38,805 nt of DNA from the IMG/VR virus record IMGVR_UViG_3300047565_000335, positions 1-38,805 of that record. One strand, 5' to 3'. The position numbers were made by a program, and so were the translations under genes. Position 1 is the stretch's first letter, and every line of letters begins with the position of its first letter. Positions 25,629-33,580 of this stretch are shown here, in pieces. The stretch is from a virus (Duplodnaviria > Caudoviricetes). The notes below the pieces were generated by a model. The model made no database searches. It worked only from the letters and a program-made list of their open reading frames with translations, and had not been told where the DNA came from.

Positions 25629-27029
25629 TTAGTACCCGGCGTACTCGTTTTTTCGCTCTTTCTGGCGGCGACCACTAGCTCGAACTACTGGCAACGCATC
25701 ACCCGCGCCCAGGGCTTTATACACAGCCAGGGTCAAAGCCGAATATTCATCAGCGTGGCCACCATTACGGCGCTCGGCTACAAACCTAATATTCCCGCTG
25801 GCACTGACAACACGCACCACCGATCGCAAGGCTTCTTCTATGCGTTCAATCTGCTGGGCAGCGCGTTGGTCACTGGGCATCGGTGGCAACAATAGCCGCT
25901 TCTGTTCTAGCTCGGCCTTAGTCTGGACGGCCATGGCATTTTTATTATTGAGGTTAAAAATCACGCCTTCTACGCGGGTAGAGCCATATTTTTTAATATA
26001 TTTCTCAGTGCTGGCTTCCCCCATGCCGCCCTGGTCGATCGCCATGCCTTCAAACTTATATTTCTGGTACAGGCTATCAATCACGCCTTCTTGCTCTTCA
26101 AAGTCCGCGCCTTGCAGCGTCACCACCTCCACCGTCCGCATCATCCGGCCATCTTTTTGCAGCACCCAAGCCACCCACCGATCGCCCCTTAAACCAATAT
26201 CATTACCTAAGAAAAATCTGGGCTTCAGGGTAGATATTTGATTGATACTCATCCGGGCTTTGCTGCCATCGATCGAGCATTCTGGCGACCTAGCTTTCAC
26301 CAGTAGTCCACCAGTCAGCCACTGGGTCACACCATCGACCCATTGCAGCATCATTTCTCGTTCCCACTTGTCGGAGTCGGACTGCTCTTTCTCCCGATCG
26401 ACATCATACAGCCGCCCTTCGGCCACAGCATCTAAGATGTTGACGATCGACTTACTCCACAGTGGCCAGCCTTTATAAACTTTCTCGTTGTGCACCAGCT
26501 TGTAAAACTGATTATCCCGATCGCCCCAGGGCGTACCCGAGACAATCATTTTAAATATCCCCCGCGTACAGTGGCGCAGGGCTTCATACATCTCCTTCCC
26601 GTCACTATGATGAGCCGCTTCATCCCACCAGACATTGGCCGTATAGCCCCGCGCGGCGGCTGGGCTGGCAGCCTGTGCCATAATCCGCTGGCGACCAATT
26701 CTAATTAAAAAGCGGGTGAAAATTTCCTTGCCGTCTGGTGTTCTAATTTCTTCTTCAATTACCCCAATCTCTTTCCCCAAAGCAAAAAAGACCTTACACC
26801 ACCTAGCCACCACGTCGATCGCTTCTCTTGCTTGGTCTCTGGTGGCGCTGGCAATTAACCAGCTCTCAGTCTGGCCTTTGGCTTCACTACGAAAGGTTTC
26901 TAAAGCAATCTTGGCGGCAATTACAAAGGTTTTGCCATTGCCCCGCGCCCACTGCACCACAATATCGCGGTTATTATTGGCAATTAATTCCCGCTGGGAG
27001 GGTCGAAAAAACTGAAGGCTAGGGGTCAT
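25629..27029 (-). CDS. terL: Terminase large subunit (Mu gp28-like)
   Basis: Walker A ARGNGKT; ARG....WWDEAA; SGTP; nuclease G.DIG...D, AIDQGGMG, GHADE; start placed at ATG 27029. Confidence 0.93.
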   Translation of the reverse strand: MTPSLQFFRPSQRELIANNNRDIVVQWARGNGKTFVIAAKIALETFRSEAKGQTESWLIASATRDQAREAIDVVARWCKVFFALGKEIGVIEEEIRTPDGKEIFTRFLIRIGRQRIMAQAASPAAARGYTANVWWDEAAHHSDGKEMYEALRHCTRGIFKMIVSGTPWGDRDNQFYKLVHNEKVYKGWPLWSKSIVNILDAVAEGRLYDVDREKEQSDSDKWEREMMLQWVDGVTQWLTGGLLVKARSPECSIDGSKARMSINQISTLKPRFFLGNDIGLRGDRWVAWVLQKDGRMMRTVEVVTLQGADFEEQEGVIDSLYQKYKFEGMAIDQGGMGEASTEKYIKKYGSTRVEGVIFNLNNKNAMAVQTKAELEQKRLLLPPMPSDQRAAQQIERIEEALRSVVRVVSASGNIRFVAERRNGGHADEYSALTLAVYKALGAGDALPVVRASGRRQKERKNEYAGY

Positions 27030-27633
27030 CAACGGTGGTAACGGCCACGGGTTCAAATTCTGGGTCGTAGGGCAGTATTCCTAACATGCCCTCAATTTCT
27101 TTCAGGAATTCTGGGGTGATTTCGTTGCGGGCTTCTTCTTTTTCGCCAGATAACTGAGATTTCCGGTAGGGCAGTTCGATCGCGGCCTTGGCTACCAATA
27201 TCTGGGCACGGACTAGATTCCCAGTGGTGGTGGATAAGGTGTTTTGGGCGTTGTTGCACCAGGAAAGTAACTTTATCTTACTTTCTTGGTCTGCGTCCTG
27301 GGCGGTGCTTTCTAGCTGCTGTGCCATTTCTTTACTTAGGCTAGTCACCGCTGCCCATTGTTGTTCGATCGCACTCATCGCCATGGCCTGGTCGATCGCC
27401 ATGTCCGTGCGGGCACTGGCTAAGATGCTGGCTTCTTCTTGCCCAGCCAAGTAACTATTAACTTTGCTGCGATAAATCAGCCGCGCTTTATCTACTGTTT
27501 CCGGTGCAATTACCTCGCCACATTGTTCCGCCACTGCCGCGCAAATATCGGCGGTGGGCTGACGCTGTGCCATCAACGTACAGATAAGCCGCTGGGCTGC
27601 GATCGAGAGAGATGGGAATAGTGGCTCAGACAT
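27019..27633 (-). CDS. Putative terminase small subunit
   Basis: Helical 204-aa protein with HTH-like N-terminus directly upstream of TerL. Confidence 0.6.
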   Translation of the reverse strand: MSEPLFPSLSIAAQRLICTLMAQRQPTADICAAVAEQCGEVIAPETVDKARLIYRSKVNSYLAGQEEASILASARTDMAIDQAMAMSAIEQQWAAVTSLSKEMAQQLESTAQDADQESKIKLLSWCNNAQNTLSTTTGNLVRAQILVAKAAIELPYRKSQLSGEKEEARNEITPEFLKEIEGMLGILPYDPEFEPVAVTTVDDP

Positions 27634-27676
27634 AATTCTGACCTATTATAGGTTTAACCCTTGAATCCTTTATAGT

Positions 27677-28453
27677 ATGCCCCAGCCTGAACTATTGCTA
27701 AACGCCGCCCGGTTTTATAAGCAGTTGCCCCACCAAGACCAAGCCTTCCAGTGGCTGAGTGCTAATACCTCCGAAGAGTCTTTGAACAGGTTCCGGGCAA
27801 TGTTTAGTCCACCCCAGGCAGCCAACCAAGATGCCACGGTCATTCAAGATACAGCCGCACCCGGCTTGCCCGCGATCGTACTAGACCAACTAACGCGGCT
27901 GAAGAGCTACTGCAAAAATGGCGCTACACCAAAGTTAGATATCGGCACCACCTATTATTCCCAGCGCGATAATTACACCATGGGTGGCCGGACTTGCAAT
28001 AGCAGCAGCTCGGCGATGTATTTGGACTGGCTCAGAAGGTCTACTGGCCAAGCAGCTCTGGGTGGCGATAACGAGTATTTGCGGCAGGTACTGGCGATCG
28101 GGGATACCATATACCACGAAAACCAAACGGCAGTGATTGCTAAATATGGGTTTAAGACCCGCTGGTTAGATGTGGACGCGCCTGGTGAGAAGGATTTCCA
28201 GCGGGTGAATGATTTGGTAGATGCGGGCTTCCCAGTACCAATTAATATTTTGCACCGGGGTTCTATTAACAGTCCCAGAGGTGGTCATATTGTGGTGATT
28301 TGTGCCCGTCGCCAGTCGGAAGGGACTTATATTTTGCAAGACCCTTACGGGACGTTTAGCAGCGGCTATACCAACGAAAACGGTAGATACAGCCTGTTTA
28401 GTCCCAAGGATATGCGGGCGCGGTGGCAGGGTGGCATGAGGGTTTTGGCTTGA
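27677..28453 (+). CDS. Putative endolysin, C39-like cysteine peptidase
   Basis: YYSQRDN...RTCNSSS.AM, GGHIVV, DPYG; N-terminal A.FYK.LPHQ..AF.WL domain of the kind seen in cyanophage lysins. Confidence 0.8.
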   Translation: MPQPELLLNAARFYKQLPHQDQAFQWLSANTSEESLNRFRAMFSPPQAANQDATVIQDTAAPGLPAIVLDQLTRLKSYCKNGATPKLDIGTTYYSQRDNYTMGGRTCNSSSSAMYLDWLRRSTGQAALGGDNEYLRQVLAIGDTIYHENQTAVIAKYGFKTRWLDVDAPGEKDFQRVNDLVDAGFPVPINILHRGSINSPRGGHIVVICARRQSEGTYILQDPYGTFSSGYTNENGRYSLFSPKDMRARWQGGMRVLA

Positions 28454-28569
28454 GAAAGTGCTTTAATGCAATTCCGATTCAGAGTGCAAAACTTTAGTCC
28501 TAACTGCTGAACCGTCGAGCCTTCGTCAAAACATGCTGGGAAAGTGTTTTAATGCAATTCCGATTCAGA
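28454..28569. repeat. 30-bp direct repeat, two copies with one mismatch, 56-bp spacer
   Basis: GAAAGTG(C/T)TTTAATGCAATTCCGATTCAGA at 28454 and 28540. Confidence 0.9.
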
Positions 28570-28595
28570 ATTTGTCTAGATATCAACTAAAAAAA

Positions 28596-28871
28596 ATGAT
28601 TGACCAAGAAATATTGAAAGCGGCGGCGTTGAGTGCGATCGCTCAGTGGAAAACCGACAAAATGCCCGGTGATGCTTGGTTTCGGCTGGGCAAACCTACT
28701 CCGCTTTTAACAGAATTGCCGATGCGGATTACTTTTATCGGAATGCTCGGGAACCACTTTGTGTATGCCTTTCACGCTCAGGACACTTTGGATTTTGTGC
28801 AGGCTTGCGAAGCGCGGGAGCAGCTGGAAAGGTGCCTAGAAAAAACGCCCCAGATGTACCGGAGCGGGTAA
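28596..28871 (+). CDS. Hypothetical protein
   Basis: ORF with likely start at ATG 28596, downstream of the repeat. Confidence 0.5.
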   Translation: MIDQEILKAAALSAIAQWKTDKMPGDAWFRLGKPTPLLTELPMRITFIGMLGNHFVYAFHAQDTLDFVQACEAREQLERCLEKTPQMYRSG

Positions 28872-28890
28872 AGTATTCAGGAGTTTTTTT

Positions 28891-29247
28891 CTAAGCGACT
28901 AATTCTTCAGCTGGAGCCGTTTCGGTGGCTTCTGGGTCTACCATCAAGGCTTCTACATCAACAGGTTCTACATCAACAGGTTCTAGCAAACCGTCGATCG
29001 CACTTACTACCGCTTCAGCGGCGGCAGCTCCTTCGCCAGTTTCTAGCTCGGCTAATTCCGCATCAAGTTTGGCCGCTGCGGCTTCCGCTTCAGCTTGTTC
29101 AGCGCTATTGTCTGCCGCTTCGGCTGCTACCGCGTCAGCGATCTGCTGTTTGAGGGCAGCATTTTCGGCCTTGCAGTTGGCTAATTCCAATTTTTGGGCG
29201 CTGAAGGCCAGCACCAATTTATCAATTTTTTCGTAGAGAGTAGCCAT
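28891..29247 (-). CDS. Acidic Ala/Glu-rich coiled-coil protein
   Basis: 118 aa, ATG start, coiled-coil N-terminus. Confidence 0.65.
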   Translation of the reverse strand: MATLYEKIDKLVLAFSAQKLELANCKAENAALKQQIADAVAAEAADNSAEQAEAEAAAAKLDAELAELETGEGAAAAEAVVSAIDGLLEPVDVEPVDVEALMVDPEATETAPAEELVA

Positions 29248-29302
29248 ACTTGGAGAGCAGATTTAGGGAATAAAATAATTATACTTAAGTCTACCCAAAC
29301 CG

Positions 29303-29548
29303 ATGAACAGAATAAACGCTACAGAATGGCTAGTGGGCTACAACGTAAAGGATAGTGTCACAAATTTAGCGGCGGTGCTGTTTGCGATCGGCTCCATTGT
29401 GGCGGTCTGCACCAGTAATAATGTGATGCCTAAAGAGTGGGAGAAATATGGTCAAAGCGCGATCGGGATTAGCGGCTGTTTGGGCTTGGCAGTATCGGGT
29501 AAGCGGGGCGATTTGCGAGGTGGTCAGGTGGATGAACCTCGGCTTTAG
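29303..29548 (+). CDS. Putative holin with two transmembrane helices
   Basis: 81 aa, two hydrophobic segments, charged C-terminus, near the lysin. Confidence 0.55.
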   Translation: MNRINATEWLVGYNVKDSVTNLAAVLFAIGSIVAVCTSNNVMPKEWEKYGQSAIGISGCLGLAVSGKRGDLRGGQVDEPRL

Positions 29549-29909
29549 ATTTAGCGCCGCCAGCCTGAAACATAGCCACCACGGCCACCGCGATCGCTGC
29601 CCAAAAGCTGGCAGCAATGATGTTCATTCGGCTGGCAGCGGATTCTTGGTTGCGCTTAACCACGGCCAGGTCGGTGAATACTTGGGGTAAGCTGGCCACT
29701 TGGTCACTGATGTTCGATCGCCAGCGCGATTCGCTGTTAACCTGTTGTTCCAGCTTGTTGATTTGCTGCTGGTAAGCTTTCATCTCCGCAGCGAAAGCGG
29801 CCAGTAGATCGTCATGGCGCTCGGTGTAATCAGCTGCCCTGGACAGGGCGATCCTGATTTCGATTAGTTCGTCTCGGCTGAATTCCACCAACACTAGGCA
29901 CCTGCGCAA
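29469..29909 (-). CDS. Coiled-coil protein with one transmembrane helix (lysis-region membrane protein)
   Basis: Heptad region followed by IIAASFWAAIAVAVVAMF; start uncertain. Confidence 0.55.
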   Translation of the reverse strand: MRRCLVLVEFSRDELIEIRIALSRAADYTERHDDLLAAFAAEMKAYQQQINKLEQQVNSESRWRSNISDQVASLPQVFTDLAVVKRNQESAASRMNIIAASFWAAIAVAVVAMFQAGGAKSKAEVHPPDHLANRPAYPILPSPNSR

Positions 29910-30077
29910 GTTTATGGTTAATTATACCCAGGACTTTTGCCAGCTGAGATTCAAAAGCTTGTCGCTCTTTTTTGCACAGGGAGTGATTCAACATAGTAGG
30001 CACCTGGGGTTTTATCTCAGGGTAAATCAAAAAGGCGATCGACTAATGTGTTCGATCGCCTTTCTTTGGTTTTTGGT

Positions 30078-30485
30078 TCAAGGCAGATTGCCAAAAAACA
30101 AGACTTTGCCAAAAGCCAGCAGCAAGCCGCCGACCACTGTTACAGTCAAACCCACGGCCACGCCACGATTCAAGAATTCTTTGGTGGTGATGCGCAGGTC
30201 GAGGTTTTTGGTTTTTTCCTCGAATTTGGTATCTAGGGCTTTAAGTTCCGATCGCAGTTCCCTGATATCGCCTTTCAGGTCTGCTTCTACAGTTTTAAGT
30301 TCCGATCGCAGTTCCCTGATATCACCTTTAACATCAGTAAAACCCACTCTGACTTCTTCTTTGAGGTCAGAAATCTGTTTTTGGGTGTTCAGGGTGAGAT
30401 CGGATATCTGCTTTTGAGTAGCAGCATTGCCAGCAGTGATTAAATCTTTGAGCTGCTGGAGGTCGGTATCGGTGATAGTAGACAT
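30078..30485 (-). CDS. Coiled-coil repeat protein with C-terminal transmembrane helix; paralog of 2072..2413
   Basis: Same first 27 aa as the paralog; KGDIRELRSELK twice; hydrophobic C-terminus. Confidence 0.75.
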   Translation of the reverse strand: MSTITDTDLQQLKDLITAGNAATQKQISDLTLNTQKQISDLKEEVRVGFTDVKGDIRELRSELKTVEADLKGDIRELRSELKALDTKFEEKTKNLDLRITTKEFLNRGVAVGLTVTVVGGLLLAFGKVLFFGNLP

Positions 30486-30562
30486 ATGTTAAGGTTTTGC
30501 TAGGTTGGAATTAGTCGATTTGGTAGTCAGATTCTAGCGTTTAACTTAAATCTTGCTCAATG

Positions 30563-30593
30563 AAGCCCTGGCGGTTAGATGCCAGGGCTTTTT
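30563..30593. terminator. Intrinsic terminator-like hairpin downstream of bet
   Basis: AAGCCCTGGC-N8-GCCAGGGCTT followed by a T run. Confidence 0.7.
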
Positions 30594-30614
30594 AATTTTA
30601 GCGCAGGCCGTATT

Positions 30615-31451
30615 CTAGGCCGCTTGCGATCGCTCGAAAGAATCCACTAGGTCAAACCGAGATTGCAAATCTGCCACCCCAATTTCCCACTGGTCGCGTG
30701 TCCAGTTTGGGCTAGCCACTCCATGCAGGTCGATCGCCCATTGAGTTCGATCGCCTCCGGAGATTTTGCATAGTTTAAACAGTTTTTGCACCTGGGCTTT
30801 GAAGGCAGCAATTTCTTCAGCTCCGGTCTCGGCATATTCCGCTTCTACCAGTTCGGCAATCGGTTCTGATGTGATGTCTACCGCTTCCATGGACGGCTGA
30901 TGGTTGGCATCAGGAGCGGCGGCAAACACGCCGGGGAAGGCCATCCGCAGGGCTAAGGATTCGGCACATTTGGAAATCATTACATCTGGCATCTTCTCCC
31001 AGGTGGAGGTCAGCTTGCCTTCTTTGTTGGTCTGTTTGTAGCTGTTAAATTTAGCCACCGCTACAAATGGCCGATCGCATCCCTTCACCCAGACTTCTGC
31101 TTTGGCCGCTGCTGGGGTGGCTTCGGAGAGCCAAATATCTACCCATTGGCCATCTTGGCCACACCAGCTAATCGCGGTGCAAAGATGCCGACCAGTGCGC
31201 GCCGCCATGACGCGGTGGCCGTCAATGCTAATCTGGATGGTCATTTTAGACTCGTTGGTCTTGGTGGCGGCGTTCCACTGGTTGCGCTTAATGGCATAAA
31301 TCTGGCGGTTAAAGGGGTCGAGTCCGGTCTGTTTGCAGACCAAACCGAACAGGGCTAGTTCATCGTCGGTGCAGTTCTGGGCGATTTGCTGTTTGATGAG
31401 TTCAACTTGGGATTCGTCCCATTGGCTGGTGTATACGGCTAAATTTGTCAT
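30615..31451 (-). CDS. bet: Phage single-strand annealing recombinase (Bet/RecT family)
   Basis: EL.LF..VC...GLDPF.RQIY, IQISIDG.R..A.RTG, W.KMP.VM..KCAES.ALR.AFP. Confidence 0.92.
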   Translation of the reverse strand: MTNLAVYTSQWDESQVELIKQQIAQNCTDDELALFGLVCKQTGLDPFNRQIYAIKRNQWNAATKTNESKMTIQISIDGHRVMAARTGRHLCTAISWCGQDGQWVDIWLSEATPAAAKAEVWVKGCDRPFVAVAKFNSYKQTNKEGKLTSTWEKMPDVMISKCAESLALRMAFPGVFAAAPDANHQPSMEAVDITSEPIAELVEAEYAETGAEEIAAFKAQVQKLFKLCKISGGDRTQWAIDLHGVASPNWTRDQWEIGVADLQSRFDLVDSFERSQAA

Positions 31452-31594
31452 GGTTTTATTTTTAGTAAAGCTGCTGAAATTAGCTCCAGCAGCAAGTTTT
31501 CAGGTTATTTTGAAGTGAGTTTAATAGTATTAGACCATAATAGGATTAAGGTCTAATTGGTTAAGAGGTGGTGCCCGTGCGCTGAGGTTTGGCA

Positions 31595-31852
31595 TTAATC
31601 AACGCCAAGGTCTAAGGATGCGTAGAGAGCGTCGGTGACGGCAATAAAATTTTCTAGCTCGTCGTCGTCAAAGATTAATGACAGGGCGGCACTCGCCAAG
31701 CCCATATTGCAAATCAAGAACATTTCGGATTCGCTGGGTTTGTCTATATCTGTTCTCAAATTAAATTGCAGAAGTCTTTCAGCGATCGCCCGATCGGCCA
31801 GCTTCCTTAAACCAGCTCTTTCGGAATCTGTTAAATCTTGAAATTTTCGCAT
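31595..31852 (-). CDS. Hypothetical protein
   Basis: Likely start at ATG 31852 (MRKFQDL). Confidence 0.55.
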   Translation of the reverse strand: MRKFQDLTDSERAGLRKLADRAIAERLLQFNLRTDIDKPSESEMFLICNMGLASAALSLIFDDDELENFIAVTDALYASLDLGVD

Positions 31853-31871
31853 TTGTTTTGGTTGTTTTTGG

Positions 31872-32852
31872 TTAATAGGTGATCGACTCAATAGCTCTTG
31901 TTGCCACCAGTGGGACAACGCTGTCCCCGATCGCTCGCACGTCATCGGCTGACCTGCCCGACCAGAATAAACCGTCTGGGAAGCCTTGCAGTCTGGCTAG
32001 TGCGGTTGTATTAATTGACCTAGCAATCTGCTCCTGTGGGAACCAGATGTCTAAATATTTGGTGCGACTACCACCGTGGCCATCGTCGGCCAAGTGGGCG
32101 CGAATGGTGCCGATCGGGAAGTCGGCTGGCCAGGTTTTGGGAGCATCGCGATAGCCGATTCGCTCTACTATCACTGGGATTTGGGAGAGTTGCACCGATT
32201 TTTGTTGAGCCGGGGTAAGCATCGATGCTGGGAGGTTGGGAATTAGATCTTTGATTGCCTCAAACCAGCCTAAATATGGTTTAAGTGCTTCACGTTGGCC
32301 TGAGGTCTCCTCAGACCCTTGCGTGGCGCGTAGAAAAAGGCCGTGGGTTTTAGCGATCGGGTGAATGGTCCCATTCTTTACTGCTCTGGCCAAGAATCTG
32401 ACCCGAGAGGTGGCCGCGCCCAGGTCGGCGGCGTTGTGTTTGCTAGCTTGGACGGTGTAGCCGTTGTGCCAAAGATTGGCCAGAATAATCCGCCAGCTTT
32501 CGGAGTTGGCATAAGATTCGACATTCTCTAGGACGATCGCACCGGGCTGTAATTTTTTGATGAATTTGGTGATGTGGTTGGCAATTGAGATGTCGATCGC
32601 ATTCTCAGAACCTTTGGGGTTGGCGATCGAGAAGCTGCGACAGCTGGGTGATAAAAGTAGCAGGTCTGGCCGTTCAAATTTGTGCGGTTTGCAGTCTAAG
32701 ATGTTGGCCACGGTAATTTGGCCTAAGTTCTGGCGGTAGATTTCGGCCACTTTGGGATTTAGCTCGATCGCGCCGATCGGAGTGTAGCCAGCGGCGACGG
32801 CACCGTGAGTATAGCCGCCTGCGCCAGATTGGAGGCTTAAGACTGTTTTCAA
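31872..32852 (-). CDS. C5 cytosine DNA methyltransferase (orphan, variant motifs)
   Basis: SGAGG, SPSC.SFS, LENV, R.R, LARLQGFP, IGDSV. Confidence 0.85.
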   Translation of the reverse strand: MKTVLSLQSGAGGYTHGAVAAGYTPIGAIELNPKVAEIYRQNLGQITVANILDCKPHKFERPDLLLLSPSCRSFSIANPKGSENAIDISIANHITKFIKKLQPGAIVLENVESYANSESWRIILANLWHNGYTVQASKHNAADLGAATSRVRFLARAVKNGTIHPIAKTHGLFLRATQGSEETSGQREALKPYLGWFEAIKDLIPNLPASMLTPAQQKSVQLSQIPVIVERIGYRDAPKTWPADFPIGTIRAHLADDGHGGSRTKYLDIWFPQEQIARSINTTALARLQGFPDGLFWSGRSADDVRAIGDSVVPLVATRAIESITY

Positions 32853-33580
32853 TTGGTGATAAGCTCCAGTATTTTGGCAATCTGTGGGGTTGGTTGGTTG
32901 TGCAGTTCAGGGTTTTCAATCTCGGCAATGATGGCCAGCACTCGATCGCGCTGGGCAGCTGGCCACTGAATAGCAGCATCACCTAGGCCGATTTTCTTAC
33001 TGCCAGAAACAATCATCTTGGCCACTTTGGGGCTGACGGTGCCAGCTACTAGGGTTTTAATCAGGGCGGTGGCTCTAATTTGACCTGTAACATCTACCGG
33101 GTAGAAGTGGTCATCTAGGCTGGTCTTGGGGCGAATGGGCATCAGACTAATTTCTTCATCGGCTGCCGGGAGGCCAGAGCCAGCGGTCTGAAGTCCGGTT
33201 AGCCACTGCTGGTGGAGTTGCCTAGTAGTAATTTCGTTGGCGTTGGCTATGGTTCTTACTCCGCCAATTTGCCGAAGGGATGCGGCAGCGTAGCCGCTGA
33301 TGGTGATTGTTTCGGTTCTGCCTGTGGCTACTGCCATGATTCTTTCCCAGTCGTCGGTGGGGTTAATGCCTGCGACGGCTTGGAGTAAGTCAGAGGGTTT
33401 GGGGAAGCGATCGGTGGCGCAGCTCCAAAATGATTCTTCAAATTGTTTCTCAGAGACCGAGTTTATGCAGCCAATCCACCCTTTTAGTAAAGCTTCAGAG
33501 TAGGGTTTTCCATGTACTTCACAAGCCGATTCTAAGTAGCTTTTCAAAAGTTCTTTATCAATCATTTTAAATATCCTCAT
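32849..33580 (-). CDS. Replication partner (helicase loader/P-like protein)
   Basis: FPKPSDLL motif after a helical N-terminus; directly downstream of the initiator. Confidence 0.55.
   Translation of the reverse strand: MRIFKMIDKELLKSYLESACEVHGKPYSEALLKGWIGCINSVSEKQFEESFWSCATDRFPKPSDLLQAVAGINPTDDWERIMAVATGRTETITISGYAAASLRQIGGVRTIANANEITTRQLHQQWLTGLQTAGSGLPAADEEISLMPIRPKTSLDDHFYPVDVTGQIRATALIKTLVAGTVSPKVAKMIVSGSKKIGLGDAAIQWPAAQRDRVLAIIAEIENPELHNQPTPQIAKILELITN

Noticed and set aside
28454-28569. CRISPR mini-array
   Set aside because: Only two repeats, the 56-bp spacer is too long, there is no palindrome or GAAAC/G-type end, and no cas genes; kept only as an unexplained repeat
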